Positions 10,146 through 22,621 of a DNA stretch of 64,000 bases are shown in pieces (positions within the stretch are counted from its first letter, which is position 1; each line of letters begins with the position of its first letter). The position numbers and the translations under genes are program-made. This DNA comes from Rhynchopus sp. YZ270_cl-10. Its lineage: Eukaryota. The stretch covers positions 1,860,001 to 1,924,000 of the forward strand of contig OZ037838.1 of the NCBI GenBank assembly GCA_964035575.1, written 5' to 3'. A model generated the notes under the pieces. It saw nothing but the letters and a program-made list of their open reading frames with translations, made no database searches and was not told the DNA's origin.

Positions 10146-13100
10146 CCCCCCCCACAACAGGTCCTGTCGGTCAACAAACTGCGAATGCTTTTTTGCCTGA
10201 AAGTGTCCAGTCCACTATCCATCTTTTTCAATTTCGATATATTTCTTTACAACGTGACCACAACACTACTGAACTTTGGTTCAATCATCCAACCCTTTAA
10301 AGCAAAGGAGCACCGTGCTCGGGTACCCCTTTATGTAACGCTCTGTCCAGTCTTTTTATTTTTGGAGTCAGACCAAAGGTATATTCTTTGCCACACTCAA
10401 TGGGGAAGTGTGCTGTCTGTGTTTCCTCCCGTTGGCCGGAGGGGTATGCAGGGACTATTTTGTGTTGTCCTCAGGGAGATAAACGTACCCTGCCCCTAAT
10501 GCTAGTTAAACCCTCGTGGGATTCAACCCGTTTGATCATGTGCCTTTTGTTATTATCAGGACAACTTTAAGTACTTTGTGGTTGGAAAATGATTCAAACG
10601 TCTGAGTGTTTTTATTCCCCCTTTATTGTGCACTCACCTCATTTCTGTACTTCAGGCGGGTTTTTTTCCTTTTTTTGACATCCATTTTCTGGGCGTTTTG
10701 AAGAGAAAGAAAAAAAACCTATGACATACGTAGCGTACCAACTGAACAAAAGACGAACTGGGGTGTTTTTTTAATTATTTTTCTTGTTTTCGCAGTAGCA
10801 TTTTTTCGGTTTTTATTCTGTGTGCACTTTTTTGTCGGTTCATCTAATCTTGCCCAAAATCGGAAACCTTTTCACATTTTGGCGTTTTTCCATATTAGTA
10901 CCCACCGTTCTTTAGAACAATATGATTCCAGAAATACACCACAATAAATTTTTGGCCCTTTTATAGGGCCTTTTCTTTTGGGATTTTTCTGGACAATAAT
11001 ATCGTCCAAAAATCACGGTATTTAGTTACACACTGTAGAAATGTGTCTAGAAGGTGGTGGATCGTTAATAAGCCGAGAAGTCTTCCAACAAGACTTCGTT
11101 GTCGTGATGAAGCATGAGTGGCTTTTATTGACACTGCCCTGGACGCGTCTACAATGAAGTGCCAACTGGGAACTGTTACGAACAAGAGGAATCCAACTGG
11201 TTCCATGTCATAAATCCTGTGTCAACTCTTCTGAATTAGTTATGAAAAGACGCTCGAACCCTCTGCCAAAACCAGTACCACATCTGGGACACTGCAGCTC
11301 TGATTCGTGTGCAAAGAACTGTTTTATGAATGTTTAATTTTGGTGTAATAAGTGATAGTGGTCTTAGCCAGCCATAGACATCTTGCCAACTTTACTTTTT
11401 TTGTTTTTTTTCTCTTATTTTGCATCCTCAAACCAATCCCTCTATTATTAGCACTATTTTTTCACGACATACAGTAAGCTTCAGCTTCAGGGTTTTCGAT
11501 CTGAATTGAGTCAGGATTTTTGGTCCATTCAGCCCTGACTCGACGATCTACTCTCTCCCTGATTTTGCGGGCTTAGGTTCATCTTACAGATTTTTCTGTT
11601 CTTTTTTTTTTTCTTTTTGAAAAATTTGGTCCAACGTGGCGCTGCTCCTCGCACGGCTTCTTTTTTTTTTCTTTTTTTTCTTTTTGTTGAATACAGTCGT
11701 GCACGAACCCATCACTGATTCTCATTACGTTTTCTACTTTCCCCTTCTCCTCCTTCTTTTTCCCCCTGCTGTTGTTCCCACCCCCTTGAACGCCTTACTG
11801 TGGCCGCTTTCCTGCTTTCCTTTTAAAGCACAATATATGTCCACTCTTGTGGGCTGCAAAATCCCACATTATTGTTTTTGCTATGTGTACCTGAGAGGTG
11901 TCCTAGTACAGTGTCAGTCGTTCCTGCCCTTTTTGCCTGCAAGAAGCAATGACTGTAGAACCGAATAACTAACGACACCCCTCATTTTTTTTTTTTCACT
12001 CCTTCTGCTCCTTCTTTCTCTCTCTTCCTTTTGGCGTGCGCAAAAGAACCTCGCAATCGTTGCCAACCTAACTGTTTTATTTTGTCCAGATGTATACCTC
12101 AGGCCTGATGTATTCCTCTGAAATGAATTAATCACAACATGGTTGGAGTCCAGGGCACGGTATGTACCAAAAATGTACGCTGTCAACGAGAGGGCTTTTG
12201 TGTTTCAAAGCTAAAATTAAAATTCTTTTGTGGGTGACTATGCCCTTACAGGAGGCTTAGGATCATCCATGCTTTTTTTTGGTCTCAAAGAGGTTTCCTC
12301 TTGACTGCCAGGTGGTCAGTGGGAGCGTATTGCAGTAATAAAAATATCACCACAGAATATTTATTACACACTTTTCGAACAAACATTTTTTTTAAAAACT
12401 TGGTTTTCACTCTCGTCACTATAGCGCTGTGTAGCATCCAAAAGCTTTTTATTTTTTCCTTTTCTTTCTCCCTATGCCTTTATGTGGCTAGGATTCATCA
12501 AAAAAGAACTTTTCAATATTTTTGTTGTGCTTTGGAACGTTCAGGTTTTTGAGGAACGCTTTTTTTTTTTGCGATAGTCTTTCTTTTACCATACCTAATG
12601 TACTGAATGTGATTAACGTTTGAATTCAAATGTTTGCGGATTCTGTCCGAGTTTTTTTGTCAAAAATAGTTTGCGGTTATGATTGGAGTGTTTCATTACC
12701 AGTAGCCCCTCTTTGTAAGATGTGCACAGTGTTTCTAAAAATTTTCAAACAATTTTTTTTGTCGTACACCAATACGATAATCTAAAAAGAATGAAATGAT
12801 ATTTTGGATCATGATGCATGAAAATTCTTCTAAAGGGGCGTTTTTGCAAGACATTTGGCAAAAATAAAATAAATGGTGTGAGTAAAAGTACATTTTAATT
12901 TTTCTTTTTATTTTATCTTTTCGCGTTTCCTGACTCCGCTTTTCATGTCCCTTTTATTCTCTTTTTTTTTCGCTGATTGCTTCATCCTTTTGGAGGTAAA
13001 CGGTTTGTGTATTAACGTGATGTGATTCTTTCGATTTTTTTTTTTAGGTGACTAAGCACGAGAGGCTTAGGTTCATCGAAGATTCTTATAACTTTTCTCT

Positions 13101-14066
13101 TCTTTTCTCTCGCTCTCTTGCCGCTCACCTAGCCCTTTTTTTTCAACACACGAACTGCTCGTTTTTTTCAACACTCTTCTGTCCTTTCTGTATGTACTAT
13201 TTCTATTTCAACACCATAATTTAAAAAAAACAATTGTTAACAGTTGTTAACAGTGGTTAACAGGGCTTCAGGGGGCGGGGGTGGACATTACCATTTTTTT
13301 TCGAAGTTTTTTCCCCCCTATTCCCAACCCGCGGAGTGTCAGCTGGGTGCCTGCGTCCCGGAGGCGTTTGCACTACTTTCAGCTTCGCTTTTTTACTGTA
13401 AGGGTGCACATGAGTGCCATCGTTTTGGAAAACTTAATTGCACCACCGCAAAATCACCAAAGCGACAAAATACAATACCAAAACTCTTACAGACTTTGGG
13501 ATTGATACACAATAGCAATAATAAAAAAATCTGTGTTTTTTCCAGTTTTTTTTTTTTGATAAAACAACTTGTAATGTTGTCAATTCTAAGAAGATTGGAG
13601 GCAGGCGCTGCAGGGCAAACAAAACGGATTGAAAAATACAGAAGCTCGCTTGTTTCTTTGAGTACTCAATTAACAACAACCGTACTTCAGTTTAACACAA
13701 TTTTTCTCACCTTTTTGTTTTCCGGCTTTGAGCGCACAAACAAAAGACCCGATCTTTTTTTACTCTATGTGCCTGCATCGAAGGTGTCCGCGTGTTAGCA
13801 AATTCACTTCTATTTTTTTTTGACGAATTATTTGTTTTACTTCTTCTGATGTCCAGCTTGTACCTTCTGTTCTGTCTGAGTGTGTCTACATTAATCATGT
13901 CGTTAAGGTGTCTAAGGTGGCTCAGCACGAGAGGCTAAAGGTTTCCTTCGAAACTATTTCTTTTCTTTTGCTTTGCTGTATTAGTGTAGACAACCCGAGG
14001 ATGGACTCCACTATATTTTTTACCCCCACTATCACAATGTGCTACACCAGCGCGGGGATATGTCGT

Positions 14067-14198
14067 AAAAGGAACTATTCTGAGCTGTAACTATTTTGGG
14101 ACAGAAATATTCTGGGGCGGAACAAAACTGGGACACTTCGGATTTTTTGGGGTGTCCCAGTTAAACTGAGTTTTATTCCGGCCCAGAATAGTTCCTTT
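14067..14198. mobile_element. Small MITE-like palindrome
   Basis: AAAAGGAACTATTCTG / CAGAATAGTTCCTTTT plus inner ACTGGGACAC / GTGTCCCAGT. Confidence 0.5.
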
Positions 14199-16805
14199 TT
14201 TACGGTAAAGTCATATAGTGGAGGGGAACACATAAACCCTCTCGCACTTCTCAACCTTCTTTCCCCATCAATAATTTCACTCAAATATTTCACTAAAAAT
14301 AATATTGGATTATGTATTTTTGTCAGACTTTTGCGAACAAATGGTGTTACCGATCTGCTGTCGGGGACATGTCAACGACATGTCAAGGACATGTCAATAT
14401 AGGGGGGGGGTGTGTCATTTTCCCCTGTAAACCTTGTGTCAAGGACATGTCAAGGACCTGTCAATATGGGCCCTTTCGGGAACACCAACAAAGGGAAAAA
14501 AAATAACTTTTCATTTTATTTCCAATCCAATTTGAAGAAAAAAAAGTTGCCTTTTTGTCGCTCCGTTCATTGCCTCTTCATTTCCTCTCTCTCTCCCCCC
14601 TCCATTTTCCCGTCACCTTTTCTCTCCCCCCTATTAGCAGATTGGTCAGGGGAATTGATACATAGTGGAATTGCTAGTCGTAACGACTGGAGTGCTTCGC
14701 GATAGTAGTATTACTGCAGCCATGGTGTAATACAAGTCGTAAAGCAGTCCAGTCATGTGGGCTAGTAGCTCTGCTGGTAATGCCCCGTAGTCCGCTGTGA
14801 TAGGTTTCGAATTTACTACCTCTTTCATTGATCACATAAAGAAATATAATTTTTTCCCCCTTTGTCTTTTGAGGTGAAGCTCGCTTCGTATTACGTTTTC
14901 TCTTCATTTTTTTCTTCGAATTCTTCAAAATTTTATACAAATATTCAATTTTTGGGCCATCTATGAACGGAGAGAGATTTTTTTCAGTTCTGACGGGTTT
15001 TTTGTACTTTAGTGGTGGCTGAAATCAGCTATCCACAACAAGTTCAGGGGGGGATGTGAAGATTTATTTGGAGAAATGGCTTTGCCAAAAAAACACATTT
15101 CTTACAACCGTATAACTGGCAATATGTATTCTGTTGGTGTGTTATACTGGTACAATGTGGTCAGATCACTCTTCAGACCACCTGGAAAACGGCATCAAAA
15201 AAATTTCGCCTGCGGTGGGTAGCCCTTACTAGTAACCCACTTCAAGAACGTGTCTATTTCGGAAAATTGACCCCACCACAGCTCGGACGGAAACACATCC
15301 GAAAACGCAATTCCAGGTGTTTTTGGATGTGTACAGTAGCTCTCACAGGGCTGTTGCCTCACGGTGACGATCATAGATGGCCCAAATTTCAAACGCAAAA
15401 AAGAAAGAAAAGAAAAATGGTCAAAGGCTATTGACGTTGTTTTACGGAATAGTTGTGATTGTACAAAATGTGCAAACATGGGTCAACTTTTTCCAAAACA
15501 AAAAAACAAAAAAAGACAAAACAAGACCAAACGATAGTAGATATTTATCCGTGTCTACACTACAGCCAAGGCTGACTAATACTGAAAGGATTTTTGTTAT
15601 AAGTGCGTATTTTTACGAACCCTTCGTTTTCTCTGACTTTTTGTGTGATACCAATCAAGGCCATCGCCTCAAAAACAAAAAAAAAATCGAGGGTTTGTTT
15701 TTTCTCTTTCCCTTCTTTACACCCACTTTTCTTATCATTTACGTTTTGTGTTTTTTTTTCCCTCTTTTCATTGAAATACTGTTTTTTTGTGGTTCATCTT
15801 TGTCTCTTATGCAGCCAACCACATTTACTTTTTCTGTTAGCGTAGGTGACATGATACACACCGCTATGCCATGAGCTGGGGTGATACTTTTCCACAGGCA
15901 TATTGCTAACTTTGCCGGAAGTGGAAAAAAGCAAAACGGCGACACTTTTTTTTTTTTCCAGGCCGAAAAAAAATTTTCCCCCCGTTGAAAGCGGTCGTCG
16001 CGCGCTTCGCGCGCGCCTCCTTGCCAACCACAGAGGGTATTATATAGCCCCCCTAGCCCACCAAAAAGGTGGTTTTGTGTGAGGCAGTCATTTTTTCTGT
16101 GCGGAAAACTCAGCGAAAAATATTCTCGGCATTATGTGATGCACGGCCAACCTACACCACCCCAACCCTTCTCTGCGGGAAAGCCTCCCCTCCTCTGTGC
16201 CTTGGTAGCTTTCAGCCACTGGTGATCCGCAATCCGTAGTGGGTGTCCGCCTTCTTATCAGTAACCTTAGTAAATTTATAAAAGGAATGGTGGCTATGGA
16301 AAGATTAACCAAAGGTTAGTCAGGTAGCCAAAGGTTCCTGGCGAAGCCACGGTACGCAACATTTCAAAAATCGCGCTTAAAATTGCACTATTTTACAGCC
16401 AAACTATGTCATGGGAAGGGTGTGCAAGCTTGCGCCGCAGGCGCACGGTACGCTACTTTTATGATTTTGCCATATCCTTTTTCTCAATAAATGACGGCAG
16501 GAAACGGCGTTTTGTCGCGTTGAAAACGCCGTTTTCTCGGGGGAAACGGCGCTTCGCCAATTTTGAAAACGGCGTTTTATTGAAAGGCAGAACGGCGAAA
16601 CGGCGTTTTCAAAAAAAAAAAAAATTGTAATTTTGGCCAAAAAGGCAAAACGGCGAAACGGCACTTAGCAATATGCCTGCTTTTCCAGCGCACTTTTTTT
16701 TTTGTTGGAAAAATGGTGAACCTAAAACAGAGAGGCTTAGGGTTTGTCTTGATCAACTTCTCTTTTTTCCCAACCTTCCTGTATACACGCGTCAGCAACC
16801 AATAC

Positions 16806-17695
16806 AGGTAGTGTATTGAAATGATTCTGGGGGGGGGTAAGGGGTCTAATTTTAATTTCGTCGATTTTGAGAAAAATTTTGGCCAAAAATGGGCCCACGT
16901 ATAAGGAACCGGGCTCATATTTCTCAAAATTTAAGTGGTCAAAAAATTGTCCAATTTTCCGAAATGACCCCACCGCTGCACGGGCGGAGCCCAAAAATGC
17001 AAATAAGCCACTTTTTGGTTTCATTGAAATGATGCGGCTGACACTGAGGAATTATGGTTTACGACGTCCCATTGAGGGGGCGAACCCTTTTTAATTTTTT
17101 GTTCTCTTGAAATGTGTAATTTCATGTTTTCGCGAAAAAAATACGAACTGATCCTACAAGGGTTGAAGGAAGGTGTGTGGAAAACAATAATAACAAGAAC
17201 AACTAATTGCTAAGAAAAAAAATGGGGTGTGCTGTGGATAACTCCGCGCGATTTTCGGAACCACCATAGCATCCTGGCGATTTTCTGGAGGTGCTGATGT
17301 GACGATGCCTGGTGCGATCGACGACGTGTTGTCGTCTGTGCATTATGTGTTCCTTCCGCACTGCTCTGATGACGACGACGATGCGTGGGAGCCTGTGGAC
17401 GACTACGAGCTGGAACATGCCGAGGCCGCCCGAGCGAATGGTTATCGAGCCTGCCGAGACTACGTCCAATAACGCGATCGAGCAGATGGTGCTGGACGAA
17501 GAGGACAGCCCCACTGTTTGAACGTTTCAGATGCAGGCATCCCAGTGGGGCCAGCGTACGAAGAGCGTTTTAGCATACCTGCAGAAGAGCAGAATGCTGG
17601 CGTGTTGTAGATTATATTTTTTTCAGAGTGGAGTTCCACAGCACACCCGGTTTTTTTTCCGATAGCAATTACTTGTTTCCCCTCTTTTTCTTTTC
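16806..17695 (+). repeat. Dispersed composite repeat; an inverted copy lies at 19660-20315 plus 26786-26879
   Basis: Diverged reverse-complement match; contains an inner MITE (AATTGCTA..GGGGTGTGCTGTGG TIRs, ~17204-17670), part of which also occurs at ~5900-5994. Confidence 0.75.
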
Positions 17696-18127
17696 AGTGC
17701 CTGCGTCCGCTGATGTACGGTGAGACGTTTAGCACCTTTCCAACTTCTCTCTTTTCTATTTTTTTTTTATTTTTCTCCTCTCCCCTGCCCAGTGTCCCGC
17801 CCTCTCCTCAGCCCACTGCCTCTCTGCTCTCCTTCATGAAATATAACGGGAGATCCATCGAAACGATGCACACAAAATATAAAGAGTTTTTTTTTTCACT
17901 TGCATTTGATCACGTGGCTGTGAGGCTCTCGTATCGTTCGTTGAGGTATGAACGTTCATTACACCCATTCATCAGGGATACCGGGTGTACCCGGGTATCA
18001 TCCTATCATCATCCTATGGAATCTGCTTGTAGGAGTATTGCTCACGCAAGGATTTTTTCAAATTGCCCGCTTTGTGACAGAGTTGTTCAACGTAGTTAAC
18101 CACATCAAACACAACAGACCCAACAAT

Positions 18128-19294
18128 ATGATGGATGTGACCTTTGTGCTGGAAGAGTCAGGCGTGACTGCGACAGTGGAGGTGCCGTGCGAGGCGGACG
18201 TTGCAGCGGCAAAGGAGGTTGCGTGCACGGCGCTTGCTGTCTCGCCTGCGTCTGTCGAGATGCGCATCGGCACGCAGGTGCTGGAGGGGACGTGCCGTCT
18301 GCAGGACACTGCGTTTGATGCAGGGGTGCAGGTTGTGCTTGCCCGCCCTCGCTTTGCCAACATCAAGTGTCCTGCTGCGCACAGTGTGCCGCAAGATTTG
18401 TGTAACTTCTCGTTGTCTCCTTGTGGATCGCTCTGTCTCTATTTCCACTTGAAATATTTCAATCCCAGTGGTGGTATCGGCAGTACCGGTGTCGGCTTTG
18501 ACACAGAAACCTTCGAGACTGCCTTCACGTTTGAAATCGAATTCGGTGGGCTTGGTCCAGCTGCCATCTCACGGTGCAAGACACACTGCTACATGGCGTT
18601 CAGGCGTTGTCTTGCCAAGGTTGCGCTTCCGGGTGGGGAGGTGCTCTGCAAAGTCGACGGCCTCTCGGCGTCGGTGTTCGCGTGTGGCGGTGTTGTTGTC
18701 TCCCAAGGCAAAGACGGCGTCTCTGTGTATGACGAAGACCTGACGTTGCTCCGCACTCTCTCGCACGTAGGGTGCAACGAGGGGAACGACGTGGCAGTGT
18801 CGGACTGTGGTGGGTGGGTGATCACCCACTCCAATACGGAGCAGAACGCACGTCTGTGGGATGTGAACACAGGTGAAGCTGTGGCATGTGTGCCTGCGGA
18901 TGGGAGGCAGGTGGCGCTTTCACGGTCTGCCTCTGTCTTTGCTGCGGTGCGCAATGCCAAGGTGCAGCTCTACGACTGGAGTGGTGCGGCTCTTGGCAGC
19001 TTTGAAAAGGAGGAGTCTCGCGTCTTTTCCGTGCAGTTCACTCCGTGTGGGAAGTACGTCGTTGTTGGCTTTGAGAGTGGTGACTTTGATCTGGATTCTG
19101 AAGAGCACACCCTACACCAGTATGATGTGGCGACCATGTCCTGTGTGCATGTGATACCAAATTCCTACCAAGCGTTTGCGATATCGCCGTGTTCACGTGT
19201 GGTTTTGTTTGAGTCAGGAGAAAGTGACGACCTTGTGTCACAGCATCTGTACCCCTACTTGAGTGATGTTTCGGATGAAAACAGAGAAGAGTAG
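18128..19294 (+). CDS. UBL + beta-propeller family protein, copy 1
   Basis: N-terminal ~72-aa ubiquitin-like pattern (MDVTFV...LQDTAFDAGVQVVL) followed by 7 WD40-like blades (SPCG, SRCK, ACGG, SDCGG, SRSA, TPCGK, SPCSR turns; RLWDVNTG); intronless. Confidence 0.88.
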   Translation: MMDVTFVLEESGVTATVEVPCEADVAAAKEVACTALAVSPASVEMRIGTQVLEGTCRLQDTAFDAGVQVVLARPRFANIKCPAAHSVPQDLCNFSLSPCGSLCLYFHLKYFNPSGGIGSTGVGFDTETFETAFTFEIEFGGLGPAAISRCKTHCYMAFRRCLAKVALPGGEVLCKVDGLSASVFACGGVVVSQGKDGVSVYDEDLTLLRTLSHVGCNEGNDVAVSDCGGWVITHSNTEQNARLWDVNTGEAVACVPADGRQVALSRSASVFAAVRNAKVQLYDWSGAALGSFEKEESRVFSVQFTPCGKYVVVGFESGDFDLDSEEHTLHQYDVATMSCVHVIPNSYQAFAISPCSRVVLFESGESDDLVSQHLYPYLSDVSDENREE

Positions 19295-20448
19295 CCCTGA
19301 TGAGCACAACAGCGTGCAGCTCTATGATTGTAGCAGTGCGGCTCTCAGCAGCTTTTAGTAAGCATGGTCATATCAGTGTGTTGCTATCGTGCGTTGCATC
19401 AGTATTTGCGTTGCACCCTCGACCTACTAGCCTATGAGGGAATTCATTTTTAGTAAACACGTTGTATTTGACAAAATGCTCGAGACCCTTGTGAAATGTC
19501 GCGCGTTCTGCGTATCCACCTCCCCGCTTGTTTTCCCCCTCTCTTTTCCCCTTTGTGCTCCACAACATTTTCTGTACTTCAGGCAAAACACATTCAAACC
19601 GTAAATCTGCGTATTTACCGTTATCAAGTCGAGAACAGAAAAGAAAAGAAAAGAAAAGAAGAAAAAACAAGTAATTGCTATCAGAAAAAAAACGGGGTGT
19701 GCTGTGGTTATGGGGGGACCCACACTCTTGAACACTGGCCTGTAGAAATAATCTACACTCTGCTCTTCTGCAGGTATGCGAAAACACTGCCAGAACCACT
19801 GGGACGCCTGCACTTGAAACGTTCAAGAACGGGGGCTGTCATCCTCAGACCCCTCTTCGTCCAGCACCATTTGCTCGATCGATGGTCGGCGTGTTCCAGC
19901 TCGTTGTCGTAGCCTCCCACTCATCGTCGTTGCCGGAGGAGGAGTGCGCAAGGAACACAGACGACTAATTGTGGTCGATCACACCATGCGCATCAGCACC
20001 ACCCAGCAAAGCGCCAGGCTGCTATGTTGGTTTCAAAAACCGCGCGGAGTTTCCCACAGCACACCTCGTTTTTTTTCTTAGCAATTCCTTGTTTTATTGT
20101 TGTTGTTGTTGCAACACACCTTCCTTCAACCCTTGTAGCATCGGTTGTCATTTTTTTCTAGAAAACTTGAAATTACACATTTCAAGAGAACAAATTAAAA
20201 AGGGACCTTATTTGCATTTTTGGGCTCCGCCCGTGCAGTGGTGGGGCCAATCTCGAAAATTGGACAATTTTTTGACCACTTAAATTTTGAGAAATATGAG
20301 CCCGGTTCCTTATACCATACATATTAGGTACGTACGTAATACGCGGCTTTTTAATTAAAATAATAAAATACGTAGTACGTAAAAATAATACTACGTACGT
20401 AGCAAGATTAGCCGCAAAATACGCGCAAAATACGTAGTAAATAAAGTA

Positions 20449-22560
20449 GGGGAAACGACAATGTGGACTCTAAAAATGTGGATTACGACAATGTGGATTA
20501 ATAATCCACATTGTCGCATAATCCACATTGTCGTAATCCACATTGTCGCAAAAAATAATCCACATTGTCGCATAATCCGGATTCTTGATTTTTTGCCTTC
20601 TTGGTACCCAGGTACCCAGGTACCCAGGAACAGGAAAAAAGTCGTGAAAGAGCAACCACAGCTCCACATGACAAACACAAAAGTGTCCAGTCACGTGGGG
20701 CATTCATGCACTGAGGAGATAATGATCCAACAATTTACAAGAAAGATTACTTAACCTACTGCTGGAAATTGCCAGGTCGTAGTAACACACAAAGTGTGCC
20801 TCCGTTCGGGAAGACCGGATATTCTAGAGACCAAAAAGGCCTCAAGAATATCTTCCGGTAGTCAAGGTAGAACCGAGTGAACGGCCCAAGACCCCCGTGG
20901 AGAAGTTAAATGTTGTAATGCTATCAGGTAGAAACTGCGAACACTGTCTTACCCTCCTCAATGCATGGTGGTTGATGTCTTCCACAACAAATTTCCTGTA
21001 CCCAGGTACCCAGGTTCCCAGACCCACGCAGTACCACGTCGCAGTACTACGCAAAATTTACCACCAGACCCTGTCTTCGTGCACCTGAAGTACAACGCCG
21101 CAGACAGGCCAAACATGCGTTGGACTCAGAGGAATGCCCGCTGTGCAGGTATCATGAGAACCAACTCCCAGCAACAAGGGGCGCCTTTTGGCGGGCGTTG
21201 TTGAGGGTGTTTGGGGTGCAAAGTTTTCCACAATTTTGATGCGCGGATACAGAAGTGTTATCTTGTTCTTTCATCTCTAAGAAATGTAAATGTCAATCGC
21301 GTTTAACTACCACTAGGGCTTGTTCAGTGAACCCACGAGGGGTCGAAGGGGGTTGGTTATCCCGTATCTATCAAAGGTTGTGTCGACCAGGCTAAACCAC
21401 TATGTTACGCTGTACGTTGTTAAATCCGAAGAAATAACACTTTAGCAGCCGCAGGAAGTTTGCTAAAAAGAGTGCCTCACGCTACACAAACCACCACCCG
21501 CGATTGACTTAGATGTTATAACAAAGAGAATTCAGAACAAAACAACACCCTGCCCCATACACACTAAATTGTCATACTTCAAGAGCATGCCTGGGCCAAA
21601 ATTACTATGACGAAAAGGCAACAAGACCACCCACAAGGAGTGTGAATTGTGCACTGGTTTTCTGGGGGAACAAACAATATTTTCTTGCGTCTAGTCCTCC
21701 GTAAGTAGAGGACAGACTTTCCGGAAGGTTTCCAAAGTCGAATTTCTTGCACTAGCTATGCTCCCTGGGTTAATGGCAATAGCAGTGACTGCGACAGAGT
21801 GTTCCCACCCCCCTTTCTACCCATATGTTCGCTCGTTCTGCACTCTCGACGTTGCACTCATTGCGATACCTGTTTAAAAGTGAATTTGGGAGTGGTGGGG
21901 AAATTAAAGAAGGTGACTTCTTAAAAAAATAAGTTGGCGGGGTGTAAAATATTGTTCTGGAGACTAGGAAATACGAGTCGACGGCCTTATTTTGTTGAAT
22001 ATTCACCAGAAAGTTAAACATATTTACATACCTTGTCTTGCGCCTTCGCTGCTGTCAAGGTGCCTTCTCTGGGTACCCAGTAGGAGGCTCAAAACTGCTC
22101 AATTCTGGCTGGAATTGCAAAATTGGGCACTTTTAGGATGTGACCAAAAAAATTTTCGAGAGTCTAGTTATTACAGAGGCTCACCTTAGAAGGCAAAAAT
22201 AGTCAATAATCCGGATTACCGACAATAATCCGGATTATGTGACAAGGTGGATTACTGGTGTTTTGGTGGAAAAAACCGCAAAAACGCGTTTTAGACCCCC
22301 AGAGAGGCTCAAAACTGCTCAATTCTGGCTTTAATTGCAAAATTGGGCACTTTTAGGATGCGACCAAAAAAATTTTCGAGAGTCTAGTTATTACAGAGGC
22401 TCACCTTAGAAGGCAAAAAATCAAGAATCCGGATTATGCGACAATGTGGATTATTTTTTGCGACAATGTGGATTACGACAATGTGGATTATGCGACAATG
22501 TGGATTATTAATCCACATTGTCGTAATCCACATTTTTAGAGTCCACATTGTCGTTTCCCC
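20449..22560. mobile_element. Non-autonomous MULE-like element
   Basis: ~150-bp TIRs starting GGGGAAACGACAATGTGG; 9-bp TSD AATAAAGTA (20440-20448, 22561-22569). Confidence 0.88.
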
Positions 22561-22621
22561 AATAAAGTATTTACGTACCAAATACGTAGTAAATAAAGTA
22601 TTTTTATATTAATTATAATAG

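Noticed and set aside
10640..10655. TTTCTGTACTT resembling the euglenozoan spliced-leader core (also ~19568, ~38013)
   Set aside because: Only 11 nt match, and it is followed by CAGGC instead of the SL ending and splice donor.
19297..19320. CTGATGA possible hammerhead core (also ~37304)
   Set aside because: No GAAA after stem II, and the motif is not conserved in the paralogous flank after copy 6.
20455..20580. Repeat arrays as CRISPR (also 26550-26670, 47590-47830)
   Set aside because: They are subterminal repeats of TIR elements with no unique spacers and no cas genes.
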